64,000 nucleotides of DNA. It comes from Clostridiales bacterium (lineage in GTDB: Bacteria; Bacillota; Clostridia; Christensenellales; Aristaeellaceae). The stretch covers positions 8,522-72,521 of the forward strand of contig JAFGGL010000063.1 in assembly GCA_016930575.1 (NCBI GenBank). Direction: 5' to 3'. Below the pieces are notes generated by a model. The model saw nothing but the letters and a program-made list of their open reading frames with translations, did not search any database and was not told where the DNA came from. This document shows positions 46,915 through 55,829 of the stretch, one piece after another. The position numbers were made by a program, and so were the translations under genes. The first letter of the stretch is position 1; every line of letters begins with the position of its first letter.

Positions 46915-47373
46915 CTATAGAATAACAAACAAATAAATCACGGTTGTGATGCTGCCGACCAGCACGCCGCCGATGACTTCAAACGGCGTATGCCCGATGA
47001 GTTCCTTGAGATCGTCGTCGGAGATCCGGCGGCCGTTGATGAGCACGTCCTTTAAAATGCGGTTGATGACGGTCGCCTGCGTTCCCGTTTCCCGGCGGAC
47101 GCCGATGGCGTCATACATCACGATCAGGCTCAGCACCATGCAGACGCCGAACACCGCCGTATCAAACCCCTTCGTAAAGCCGACGGAGAGCATCAGCGCG
47201 ATCACCATCGCCGTATGGGACGAGGGCATGCCGCCCGCGCCGATGAGCCGCTTCCAATTCAGCTTATGCTCCACGCGGTAATACAGCGGAACCTTCAGCA
47301 CCTGCGCCGTAATCCATGCAAAGAGCGAACACAGCACGACAGGATTGGAAAACACATCCAGTATATTGTGCAT
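46915..47373 (-). CDS. Divergent PAP2 (DUF212/YuiD-like) membrane protein
   Basis: GGMPSSHTA and YDAIGVRRETG motifs. Confidence 0.8.
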   Translation of the reverse strand: MHNILDVFSNPVVLCSLFAWITAQVLKVPLYYRVEHKLNWKRLIGAGGMPSSHTAMVIALMLSVGFTKGFDTAVFGVCMVLSLIVMYDAIGVRRETGTQATVINRILKDVLINGRRISDDDLKELIGHTPFEVIGGVLVGSITTVIYLFVIL

Positions 47374-47390
47374 CCGTGCTGTCTCCCCCC

Positions 47391-48320
47391 TTAGCTTACC
47401 CTGGTCAGCGTCTGTTGCGCAAGTTCCCTGAGAAACGCCGCGCGCCGTCCGAACGGATTGAGCGCTTCCTTCGCTTCCCGGATCAGCTTTCCGGCTTCTT
47501 TCCGTGAGGCGGCTTCGCCGTACACGGCGGGCCAGGTCATCTTGCCGCGCGCTGCGTCCACGCCGGTCTGCTTTCCGAGTATTGTAGCATCTCCCCGCAG
47601 ATCCAGCAAGTCGTCCACGATTTGAAACGCGCGCCCCAGCTTTTCGCCGTAGGTTTCACCGGCCGGAAGCTGCGTTTCGTCCGCGCCGGCAAGCATCAGC
47701 CCGGCGGTCACGGGCGCGGTCAGCAGGTCGCCGGTTTTGTGGCGCTGTATATAGTGTACCATATCCTCCCGGGGCTGTGTACCCTCCAATTTCACGTCCA
47801 GCGTCTGCCCCGCGATCATCCCACGCACGCCCGCGCGCCGCGCGATCTCATAGGCGGCGGAAAGCGCGCGGGGATTGCCCGACGCGAGCGCCGCCGTAAG
47901 CATGGTTTCAAACGCCAGGGAATACAGCCCGTCGCCCGCCAGAACGGCGACGTTCTCCCCGAACACCAGGTGGTTGGTCGGCTGTCCGCGCCGGAGCGTA
48001 TCATCGTCCATCGCTGGCAGGTCGTCGTGGATCAGGGAATAGGCGTGGATCATCTCCAGCGCGATCGCGTAGGGCATCGCCGTTTCCCAGTCGTCGGCAA
48101 TCAAACGATACGCCGCCAGCAGCAGCACCGGGCGCAGCCGCTTTCCGGGCAGCAGCAGGCTGTAGCGCATGGCGGAGCGCAGCGGCTCGGGAACGGTCCC
48201 GTCCGCGGGCGCATCCGGCAACACGTCCGTGTACTGCGTATCGCTGGCAAGCAGCGGGTGCTCGGCGAGTGCAGAATTCACCGCATCAAGATAGCGGCCG
48301 TAGGTTTGCTGATAATCCAA
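47391..48320 (-). CDS. ispA: Polyprenyl (farnesyl/geranylgeranyl) diphosphate synthase
   Basis: First DDxxD motif HDDLPAMDDDTLRRG and second motif FQIVDDLLD. Confidence 0.9.
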   Translation of the reverse strand: MDYQQTYGRYLDAVNSALAEHPLLASDTQYTDVLPDAPADGTVPEPLRSAMRYSLLLPGKRLRPVLLLAAYRLIADDWETAMPYAIALEMIHAYSLIHDDLPAMDDDTLRRGQPTNHLVFGENVAVLAGDGLYSLAFETMLTAALASGNPRALSAAYEIARRAGVRGMIAGQTLDVKLEGTQPREDMVHYIQRHKTGDLLTAPVTAGLMLAGADETQLPAGETYGEKLGRAFQIVDDLLDLRGDATILGKQTGVDAARGKMTWPAVYGEAASRKEAGKLIREAKEALNPFGRRAAFLRELAQQTLTRVS

Positions 48321-48321
48321 A

Positions 48322-48585
48322 CTATTCCTCCGCGCCGTCCAGCAGGCTTTCCTGCTTGGCGACGTCGCTCTCCTCCACGGACAGCGTGCCGTCCTTCGCC
48401 TGGCTCACCTCGTGCAGCCGCGCGGCCGCCGTCTTCAGGCGCGTTTCCAGGCTCTTGGCCAGTTTCGCGCCCTTCTCATAGGCGTCCATCAGCTGTTCCA
48501 GCGGAAGCTCGCCCTGTTCCATCTGATCGGCCAGCGCTTCCAGCCTGACCAAATCTTCTTCGAAACTCGGTTTTTTATCTGCCAC
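48322..48585 (-). CDS. xseB: Exodeoxyribonuclease VII small subunit
   Basis: 87 aa. SFEEDLVRLEALADQME.GELPLEQLMDAYEKG. Confidence 0.88.
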   Translation of the reverse strand: MADKKPSFEEDLVRLEALADQMEQGELPLEQLMDAYEKGAKLAKSLETRLKTAAARLHEVSQAKDGTLSVEESDVAKQESLLDGAEE

Positions 48586-49797
48586 TTAAGATTCCTCCTT
48601 ATGTACACGAATAGTCTTCGCCTCCGCGCTGCCGTCCGCGAGCGTCACGGTGAACAGGTCGCCGGGCTTAAGTAAGGTTACGCTCTGTACGGTGCTCCCT
48701 CCGCGCCGCACGATGGCGTATCCGCGGGCAAGGGTCGCGCCGGGGCTGGCGGCCTTGATGCGCAGCGCGAGTTCCGACAGCGCCCGCGCCTTTTGCTCCA
48801 ACGCCTGTTTATACAGCAGGGCGATGCGCTTAATAATCCCCTGCACGCGCTCCGTGATGACGCCGAGTTGCTTCTCCGGCGTCTGACGGGCGATCCTCGC
48901 GGTCAGGTCCGACAGCGCGGCGGCGCGGTCCGTAAGCGTCATCTCGCAGGCGCGCCGCATGCGGGTTTGCAGCTTGTCGACGGTCTGCAAAAGCTGGTCG
49001 CGCTGCGGCACCACGAGTTCGGCGGCCGCCGACGGCGTGGGTGCGCGCAGATCCGCCACAAAATCGGAGATCGAAAAGTCCGTCTCGTGTCCGACGGCGC
49101 TAACCACGGGTTTTTGGCAGTTGAAGATCGCGCGCGCGAGCACTTCCTCGTTGAACTCCCAGAGGTCTTCCAAACTCCCGCCGCCGCGCGCGACGATGAT
49201 GACGTCCACCTGGTCCAGCCTGTCCAGCGCTTCCACGGCGGCGGCGATCTCTTTCGCCGCGCCCGCGCCCTGCACCGAAACCGGATAGAGGTAAAACGGC
49301 ACACCCGGATGCCGCCTCCAGCCTACGCGGGTCATATCGTGGATGACCGCGCCGGTTTTGCTGGTGGCGATGCCGACGCCTCTGGGCAAAAGCGGCAGCG
49401 GCTTTTTCAGCGACACGTCGAACAGCCCTTCGGCCTGCAGCTTCTTTTTAAGCGCTTCCATCCGCAGATGGATCTCGCCAAGCCCTTCCTCCTCCATGCC
49501 CTCGGCATAGAACTGGTAGCTTCCGGCCTTCACGTACAGGCCGACGCTGCCGCGCAGGATGACCTTCATGCCGTCCGCCGGCTTGAAAGTAAGCCCCATC
49601 GCCGCCGTGCGGAACATCGCGCACTGGATGGCGCTTTTCTCGTCCTTCAGGGTGAAATACAGATGTCCCGACACATGCCGTTTGAAATTGGAGATCTCAC
49701 CGCGCAGAAACAGATTGCGCAGCATCGGGTCGCCCGCAAGGGATTTGCGGACGTACTCGTTGAGCTCCTCAACGGTCAGCGTCAGCCTGGTATTCAT
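48586..49797 (-). CDS. xseA: Exodeoxyribonuclease VII large subunit
   Basis: 403 aa. LTVEELNEYVRKSL, GEISNFKRHVSGHLYFTLKD and RGGGSLEDLW. Confidence 0.92.
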   Translation of the reverse strand: MNTRLTLTVEELNEYVRKSLAGDPMLRNLFLRGEISNFKRHVSGHLYFTLKDEKSAIQCAMFRTAAMGLTFKPADGMKVILRGSVGLYVKAGSYQFYAEGMEEEGLGEIHLRMEALKKKLQAEGLFDVSLKKPLPLLPRGVGIATSKTGAVIHDMTRVGWRRHPGVPFYLYPVSVQGAGAAKEIAAAVEALDRLDQVDVIIVARGGGSLEDLWEFNEEVLARAIFNCQKPVVSAVGHETDFSISDFVADLRAPTPSAAAELVVPQRDQLLQTVDKLQTRMRRACEMTLTDRAAALSDLTARIARQTPEKQLGVITERVQGIIKRIALLYKQALEQKARALSELALRIKAASPGATLARGYAIVRRGGSTVQSVTLLKPGDLFTVTLADGSAEAKTIRVHKEES

Positions 49798-50636
49798 CCA
49801 AACGCTTTCTCCGCGGCGTTCACGGTGTTGGTCATCAGCATGGCGATGGTCATCCTGCCGACGCCGCCGGGCACGGGCGAGATCCAGTTCGCCTTCTCCT
49901 TCACGTGTTCGAAATCCACGTCGCCGCAGAACTTGCCGTCCACGCGGTTCATGCCAACGTCGACGATCACCGCGCCCTTTTTCACCATATCGGCGGTGAT
50001 GAACTTCGGCTTGCCGATGGCTGCGACCAGGATATCCGCGCGGCGGGTATGCGCCGCCAGATTGCGGGTTTTGGAGTGGCAGATGGTCACCGTTGCGTTT
50101 TGATGCATCAGCAGCACCGCCATGGGCTTGCCCACGATATTGGAGCGTCCGACGACCACCGCGTCCATGCCGGTCACGTCGATGCCCGAGGCTTTGAGCA
50201 TGTACATCACGCCCTGCGGCGTGCAGGCGACGGGGCCCGGCTCGCCGCGCAGAAGCTTGCCGAAGTTCACGTTGTGGAAGCCGTCGGCGTCCTTATCGGG
50301 CAGGATCAGTTCAATCGCGCGGTTCGCGTCCAGATGGCCGGGCAGCGGCATCTGCACGAGGACGCCGTGGACGGCCGGGTTTTCGTTAGCCTCCCTGATG
50401 GCTTCTTCCAGCTTTTCCTGCGTTGTATTTTCAGGCAGGCGCACGGTTTTGGAGAATAATCCGAGCCGCGCGCAGGCCTTTTCCTTATTGCCGACGTACA
50501 GCTGACTGGCGGGGTCCTCCCCGACCAGGATGACTTCCAACCCGGGCACCTGCCCCTTCGCAAGCATTTTGTCCACACGTTGTTTTATTTCCGCTTCCAC
50601 CTGCGCGGACAGTACCTTCCCGTCTAGAATATGCAT
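49794..50636 (-). CDS. folD: Bifunctional methylenetetrahydrofolate dehydrogenase / methenyl-THF cyclohydrolase
   Basis: ILVGEDPASQLYV, DGFH, VVGRSNIVGKPM and PVPGGVGRMTIAML. Confidence 0.95.
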   Translation of the reverse strand: MHILDGKVLSAQVEAEIKQRVDKMLAKGQVPGLEVILVGEDPASQLYVGNKEKACARLGLFSKTVRLPENTTQEKLEEAIREANENPAVHGVLVQMPLPGHLDANRAIELILPDKDADGFHNVNFGKLLRGEPGPVACTPQGVMYMLKASGIDVTGMDAVVVGRSNIVGKPMAVLLMHQNATVTICHSKTRNLAAHTRRADILVAAIGKPKFITADMVKKGAVIVDVGMNRVDGKFCGDVDFEHVKEKANWISPVPGGVGRMTIAMLMTNTVNAAEKAFG

Positions 50637-51679
50637 GGCAATCCCTCCGTTTCCAGTAATTTACGCATTCCGAAGCGGGCGACGCCCGCCGCGTTGTCCG
50701 ACGCGTATTCGCGTTGGCCGAACACCGCTTCGGCTTGACATCCGAGTTTAGCAAGCCTCAAAGGTATCTGCTCCCTGAGCAGCGACGACGAAGCCACGCC
50801 GCCGACGATCAGCGCCTGTCCGGCGTCCGTTTCCCGGCACGCGGCGGAAAGCATCCGCGCCGCGGTGCGCGAAATCAGATCGAACAACTCGGCGGCGACG
50901 GTCTCACGGGGGTACTCCCCCGTCGTAAGCCACCTCCTGCACTGCGTTTCCGCGCCCGACAGGTGGCAGTCCAGATCGCCCCGCGCCATGCTGGCGGGCA
51001 GGCGCGCCTCCGCCCTGCCCAGCATCGCCAGCCGTTCCAGCGCCGCGCCGGCGGGAAAATCAAAGCCCAGCAATACGCCGATGCGGTCCGCCAGCTGCCC
51101 CGCATGGATATCCAGCGACCGCCCGAGCGCCGTGACCGTCTCCCCGCCGCACAGCAGGCTTTCCGTAGTGCCGCCAGAAAGATGCAGGGCCACGAACGGC
51201 TCCCGCAGCGGCGGGTTGCCGATCCTCCCCGCCAGGATGTGCCCCGCCTGGTGCGAGGTTTGAAAGAATGGGACGTTCAGCGTACTCGCGATCGTTTGAC
51301 CGATATTCTTCCCGACGGTGAACACGGGCATGTAGCTGCCCTCCGCGTCCCGGGGCTTACTTGACGCGGCGATGGCTGAAATTGCTACATCCCCGACCTC
51401 CGCCATCAGCGCGTCCATCAGCTCCGGCAATTGCTTCAAGTGTGCAAAAACGGCCTCGCTCTGCCTTAGTCCTAACTCGTGATGGGGTACAGGTAGGAGT
51501 TTTCGTTGTGCTGCAACGATTCCCCCATATTCATCACATGCGGCAACCGACGTTGTATAGCAGCTTGTGTCCAGCCCAATCGTCGCCTTCAATACATACC
51601 CATCCCGTTCAACAATGCGCACGCAACTGCCTGCCGTATGCCATTGGGCATTGTCCGACGCCTCATCATACATGTGCAA
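50624..51679 (-). CDS. Peptidase M22 / TsaD-Kae1 (glycoprotease) family protein
   Basis: IGLDTSCYTTS, SHQAGHI and VGGVASS. The start is uncertain: TTG at 51592 would give MKATIGLDTS, the usual family N-terminus. Confidence 0.7.
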   Translation of the reverse strand: MHMYDEASDNAQWHTAGSCVRIVERDGYVLKATIGLDTSCYTTSVAACDEYGGIVAAQRKLLPVPHHELGLRQSEAVFAHLKQLPELMDALMAEVGDVAISAIAASSKPRDAEGSYMPVFTVGKNIGQTIASTLNVPFFQTSHQAGHILAGRIGNPPLREPFVALHLSGGTTESLLCGGETVTALGRSLDIHAGQLADRIGVLLGFDFPAGAALERLAMLGRAEARLPASMARGDLDCHLSGAETQCRRWLTTGEYPRETVAAELFDLISRTAARMLSAACRETDAGQALIVGGVASSSLLREQIPLRLAKLGCQAEAVFGQREYASDNAAGVARFGMRKLLETEGLPCIF

Positions 51680-51776
51680 TCAACAGTCGACAAGCCAACG
51701 TCATATATTATAACCTTAATCAACAAGCATCGCAATCATTCGGGCAGCCTTCACGCAAACAATTCATGAAGGATTT

Positions 51777-51805
51777 TTGACATAATTGTTCCTGTATACT
51801 ATAAT
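51777..51805 (+). promoter_or_regulatory. Perfect-consensus sigma-70 promoter (-35 TTGACA, 17 nt, -10 TATAAT) for the proteasome-like gene
   Basis: Read directly. It lies 68 nt upstream of the ATG at 51873 (RBS AAAGGA). Confidence 0.6.
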
Positions 51806-51872
51806 CTCCCCAGATTGTATTCCGGTATCTCCATCCCCGAACAGCAGACTATCACTGTGAGTCGAAAGGAAA

Positions 51873-52682
51873 ATGAACATGTCTTTAGGTATCGTTATCA
51901 AGTCTCCCGAAGGATTAGTATTAGCTGCCGAAAGCAGGATTACTATGGGAGTAACCATGAATAAAAACACCTCTCCCGTAAATACGCATTGCTATTTTGA
52001 TAACGCCACAAAACTTATGAGTTTCTCTGCACCCAATCAATGCGTCGGCGTCGTTACGTATGGTCAGGCTGTCTTTGGCGGAGCAAATCCGAGGACGGCA
52101 GCCAGTTATATACCCGAATTTGAGAGTACCCTGCCGGAAGAAAGGCTTACTGTAGAAGATTTCGCGAAAGAAGTGAGCCGGTTTTATTTAAAACAATGGA
52201 ATGAAGTACGACCCCCGATGCCGGCGAATACGCCAAGCATGTCTTTTGTTATCGCGGGATTCAATGAAAATGATGTTCTAGGCAGGATTTATGTTGTCGA
52301 GATACCAAGAAAACCGGAACCGGAAGAAAGATCTATCGACAATAAGTTCGGCATAACGTTTGGCGGTCAGCAGGATACAATATCACGATTGGCATTGGGA
52401 TATGACGTGCGCCTGCCTGCCGAAGTTAAAAAAGAGCTTCAGCTTTCACAAGCTCAAAGCGTTAAACTAGACAGTCTGCTCAAAAAATACAACACCTTCG
52501 TACCGTTTCAGGTACTTGCGCTTCAAGATTGCATCGAACTGGCAAATTTCTATATTCAGACAACAATCGAAGCGCAAAGACTATCCGTCGGGATCAGAGG
52601 CGTTGGAGGAGAAGTGGATGTTGCCATCATTAAGAGAAACCAACCGCTATCGTTTGTAAAAAGAAAAACGGAACATCTCTGA
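51873..52682 (+). CDS. Orphan proteasome-beta/HslV-like Ntn-hydrolase-fold protein
   Basis: 269 aa. MNM-SLGIVIKSPEGLVLAAESRITM parallels the mature 20S beta N-terminus TTTVGI....VIMATERRVTM. The C-terminal ..GVGGEVDVAIIKRNQ parallels ..ASGGMIDVAVITRKDG. AT-richer than its flanks, opposite in orientation to both neighbours. Confidence 0.6.
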   Translation: MNMSLGIVIKSPEGLVLAAESRITMGVTMNKNTSPVNTHCYFDNATKLMSFSAPNQCVGVVTYGQAVFGGANPRTAASYIPEFESTLPEERLTVEDFAKEVSRFYLKQWNEVRPPMPANTPSMSFVIAGFNENDVLGRIYVVEIPRKPEPEERSIDNKFGITFGGQQDTISRLALGYDVRLPAEVKKELQLSQAQSVKLDSLLKKYNTFVPFQVLALQDCIELANFYIQTTIEAQRLSVGIRGVGGEVDVAIIKRNQPLSFVKRKTEHL

Positions 52683-52723
52683 CATATCCGGGAATTCCAG
52701 GTTCCCGTCCGCGGCGGGCGATA

Positions 52724-53173
52724 TCAAACCGTATCGCCGTCCGTATACGCGACGCCCTTTCGCTTGCCGCGCTCTATCGCGCCCAGCACGCCGTTGATGT
52801 AACGGCCGCTTTTGGGCTCGGAGTAACGGCCCGCCATCTCCATCGCCTCGCTGATGGATACGTTGTCGGGCACATCGTCCCGGTAGAACAGCTCGTACAC
52901 CGCCACCCGGAGGATGCACAGGTCCACTTTCGACACACGGTCCAGCGTCCATTCGCCGCTGGATTTTTCCGCGATCAGCCGGTCAAGTTCCTTCTGATGC
53001 TCCTGTACGCCCGAAAGGATATCCCCGATAAAAGCCAGGTCCTCTTTGGAGGGTTTACCGCCGTCCCTTAGGTGTTCGTACACCAGCGCGACCGCATCGT
53101 CGCTGAGCTCCCCGCCGCATGACCGCTGATACACAAGCTGCATCGCCGCCTGCCTGGCTATCGACCGCGCCAT
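52724..53173 (-). CDS. nusB: Transcription antitermination factor NusB
   Basis: 149 aa. ARQAAMQLVYQ and ILRVAVYELFY. Confidence 0.9.
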   Translation of the reverse strand: MARSIARQAAMQLVYQRSCGGELSDDAVALVYEHLRDGGKPSKEDLAFIGDILSGVQEHQKELDRLIAEKSSGEWTLDRVSKVDLCILRVAVYELFYRDDVPDNVSISEAMEMAGRYSEPKSGRYINGVLGAIERGKRKGVAYTDGDTV

Positions 53174-53195
53174 GCGTTACTCCCCGTTTCCTTCG

Positions 53196-53426
53196 TCATT
53201 CGCCTTTGGGCGGGAAGATCTTATTGATAAAGTTTTTTATGCCCATGATCTTCTGGTTATTGGAGCCGAACAGGTACCCCACCGCAAAGAAAACGGAAAT
53301 CATCAGCGTTCTCCAGAAACCCAGGAAGAGCAGCATCAGCGCAAGCGCCGCGCCGCAAAGCCCGATCAGCCATCCGCAGTGCTTCGTGCCGATCTTCAGC
53401 CATTTGGATTGATCCTCGTTCGCCAT
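53196..53426 (-). CDS. DUF2273-type small membrane protein
   Basis: 76 aa with two TM segments, in the usual position after amaP in asp23 operons. Confidence 0.65.
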   Translation of the reverse strand: MANEDQSKWLKIGTKHCGWLIGLCGAALALMLLFLGFWRTLMISVFFAVGYLFGSNNQKIMGIKNFINKIFPPKGE

Positions 53427-54305
53427 TTACGCGTCCTCCCTGTCATGCGGGTCGCCGGCGGGTTTCGCCGCGGCCTTTTTCTTCGTCGTTTTCGGCGCTT
53501 TTTCTTCCTTCGCCTCGTCCGCAGTCTCTTCTGTATTCTCTACCGCCTTTTCTTCGGTATGCTCCTGTTCTTTCTTGCGGAAGATACGCTGGTGCAAAGG
53601 TTCCTTGGCGTCCTCGGGCTGCCGCTCCCGCTTGGGCGCGGCGTCGGACTGGATGGCCTTCTGCACGGCGTCGTTCAGGCGATCCACCATACGGCCGGCC
53701 TTTCCCACGGCTTCTGCATCGGCGGCGACCCCGCTGGGGTTATCGCCTTTCTGCCCGGAGCTCACATGCGCGGAGGTGTCCACATACACGCGCACTTCCT
53801 TCACGTCCACCCCCGAGCAGGAGGTGATGTACTGCCGGGTCTGCTTCTGCAGGGCGCTGACGACCATGGGGATGTTCACGCCGTTTTCCAGCAGAATACG
53901 TACGGCGACGATCACGCCGTCCTTCGTATGCGAGATCTTCGTATGGTTAACCTTCAGTTCGTCGTTCATATCGACGACCTTTTTCACCATGTTCTCCATA
54001 GCGTTCATGGAGATGTTCAGATCGCCGTATTCCGTGCGCTGCAGGATAAAACCCTTTTCCTTGTTCGAGCGGAAGACGGCCAGCACGCCGCGCACGCCAA
54101 GCAGCAGAAGAACCAGGGCGACCGCCACCATCAGCATATGCTGCCAGAAGGTAAATGGGCCTTCCAAAAACGCCATGTCCAGCTGGAAGGGAAAGATTCC
54201 CACACCGTATACGAACAAACCAAGTCCCAATACGGCCAGTATCAACCCCGCGAGCCCGGTCAGCACGCGGTCTACCAATGATTGTTTCATCGTTCTTTCC
54301 TCCAT
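53427..54305 (-). CDS. amaP: Alkaline-shock-response membrane anchor protein (AmaP-like) with a long K/E/A-rich C-terminal tail
   Basis: N-terminal TM pair followed by an Asp23-like fold segment, downstream of asp23. Confidence 0.6.
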   Translation of the reverse strand: MEERTMKQSLVDRVLTGLAGLILAVLGLGLFVYGVGIFPFQLDMAFLEGPFTFWQHMLMVAVALVLLLLGVRGVLAVFRSNKEKGFILQRTEYGDLNISMNAMENMVKKVVDMNDELKVNHTKISHTKDGVIVAVRILLENGVNIPMVVSALQKQTRQYITSCSGVDVKEVRVYVDTSAHVSSGQKGDNPSGVAADAEAVGKAGRMVDRLNDAVQKAIQSDAAPKRERQPEDAKEPLHQRIFRKKEQEHTEEKAVENTEETADEAKEEKAPKTTKKKAAAKPAGDPHDREDA

Positions 54306-54372
54306 GCCCGTATACGGGCGAAAGCAGCGAACCCCAAAAGAGCGTACAGGTCTTTCGGGGCCCGGTCTGCGC

Positions 54373-54948
54373 TTATGTGTCCTGCCCGGTCTCCTCTATA
54401 GGTTGGGCAGGCTTCTTATTCTGTGTCGTTTTTGCGGCCGGTTTCGCTTTTTTCGTCTTGGGCTCTGCCGCCGGTTCAGCCGCTTCCTCGTTTTCTTCAA
54501 GGGCCGGGACCTGGGCGTCGGCAAGCATTGCGTTTTCCAGGCTGGTTTCCTCTTCCAGCTTTTCCTTTTCAAAACTCACGCCGTTGACGTGAACATCTAT
54601 CCGAACGACATGAAGCCCCGTCATGGTCTCGATCGCCTTGCGCACGCTGTCCTGTACGTCCTGCGCGGCGATCTGTATCGGCGTGCCGTATTCCACGATC
54701 ACATACAGGTCGACAGAGGCTTCTTCAGCGCCGATTTCGACCTTCACGCCTTTTTTGATGTTCCGTCTGCGAACGAAAACGTCGGAGAATCCTCCGCCGG
54801 AACACATGCCCGCAATGCCCTCTACCTCATTGGCTGCGACGCCTGCAATGATGGCGATGACTTCGTTAGCATAGGTAATGGTTCCCGTGGAATCGTGCTC
54901 CGCAGCCAGGCTGACAGGCAAAACGTCCTTTTTCGGGGCCATGCCCAC
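54373..54948 (-). CDS. Asp23/Gls24-family envelope stress protein with a K/E/A-rich tail
   Basis: GTITYANEVIAIIAGVAANEVEGIAGM...VDLYVIVEYGTPI. Confidence 0.88.
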   Translation of the reverse strand: MGMAPKKDVLPVSLAAEHDSTGTITYANEVIAIIAGVAANEVEGIAGMCSGGGFSDVFVRRRNIKKGVKVEIGAEEASVDLYVIVEYGTPIQIAAQDVQDSVRKAIETMTGLHVVRIDVHVNGVSFEKEKLEEETSLENAMLADAQVPALEENEEAAEPAAEPKTKKAKPAAKTTQNKKPAQPIEETGQDT

Positions 54949-54977
54949 ACCTCCTCAGATACCTAAGTTCGACCGTA

Positions 54978-55006
54978 ATTATAGCAGAATGTACGCTGTT
55001 TGACAA
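54978..55006 (-). promoter_or_regulatory. Candidate asp23-operon promoter (-35 TTGTCA, 17 nt, -10 TATAAT)
   Basis: Read on the minus strand. Confidence 0.5.
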
Positions 55007-55038
55007 TTCTTTCGCCTTTTTGGGCGCTTTACGCCGCG

Positions 55039-55067
55039 TTGACAGGCCCGCCGGCTTTCAGTATAAT
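55039..55067 (+). promoter_or_regulatory. Perfect-consensus promoter (-35 TTGACA, 17 nt, -10 TATAAT), 134 nt upstream of the SH3 protein gene
   Basis: Read directly. Confidence 0.5.
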
Positions 55068-55200
55068 GCAGTCACAGATGACGGTCGCCGCTTTCGCGCC
55101 TGCCGCAACGCATGAAAGATATTGCTTTTCTTGCAGAATAACGCTATGATAAAACCAAGGAATCGTTTATACAAGGCCGCATAAGGAGGCAAGTGTTCAT

Positions 55201-55785
55201 ATGAAGAGAAAGCTCGCATTCATCCTCGCCGTATTGATCGTCGTATGCATCGCGACAGCCGCGACGGCCTATACGACGATGTACGTTTTTACCTCCAACG
55301 GAAATCCGCTGAACATGCGCGATGCGCCAAGCATGCTGGGCAATATCATGACCCAGATCCCCAACGGCGCCGCCGTGCTGGTGAACGACACCTACGACGA
55401 GACCTGGTACTCCGTTACCTACAACGGCTACACCGGCTATTCCATGGCGCGGTACCTGGTCAGCGGCGCGCCGACGCCTGCGCCGACCTGGTGCCCCGTG
55501 CCCACCGCTACGCCTTCACCCTACGTTACGTTTCCCAATGAGATCTTCTTCGACTTTCAGCCAACCTATTACACGGCGCTGGTGCGGCCCAGCAATCCCG
55601 CAGGCTACGTGAATCTGCGCTGGGCGCCGTCGCTGCAGGCGGAGATCCACTCCCACTACTACGCCAACGCCGTCCTGACCGTGATGAGCCAGAATTCCCT
55701 GTGGTGTCAGGTGCTGGATGAAACCGGTCGTATCATGGGCTTTATGATGCGCCAGTTCCTCTACCCGTATTACGGCGACAGCTAG
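55201..55785 (+). CDS. Secreted protein with two bacterial SH3-like domains
   Basis: Signal peptide. Two copies of ..LNMRDAPS....G..IP.GA.V.V......W..V.YNG.TGY...YL, with a P/T-rich linker. Confidence 0.65.
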   Translation: MKRKLAFILAVLIVVCIATAATAYTTMYVFTSNGNPLNMRDAPSMLGNIMTQIPNGAAVLVNDTYDETWYSVTYNGYTGYSMARYLVSGAPTPAPTWCPVPTATPSPYVTFPNEIFFDFQPTYYTALVRPSNPAGYVNLRWAPSLQAEIHSHYYANAVLTVMSQNSLWCQVLDETGRIMGFMMRQFLYPYYGDS

Positions 55786-55829
55786 AAAGCGTATTGAGAA
55801 GCGTTTTGGTTCGGAAAGGAAGGAAGCGC

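Noticed and set aside
48793-50103. 436-aa plus-strand ORF
   Set aside because: It is antisense to xseA and folD, both strongly recognisable. The composition is that of a shadow frame.
53172-54966. Two long plus-strand ORFs (53172-54281 and 53575-54966)
   Set aside because: They are antisense to the nusB/DUF2273/amaP/asp23 operon. The translations are low-complexity and R/F/L-rich. The minus-strand genes have motifs, RBSs and operon logic.
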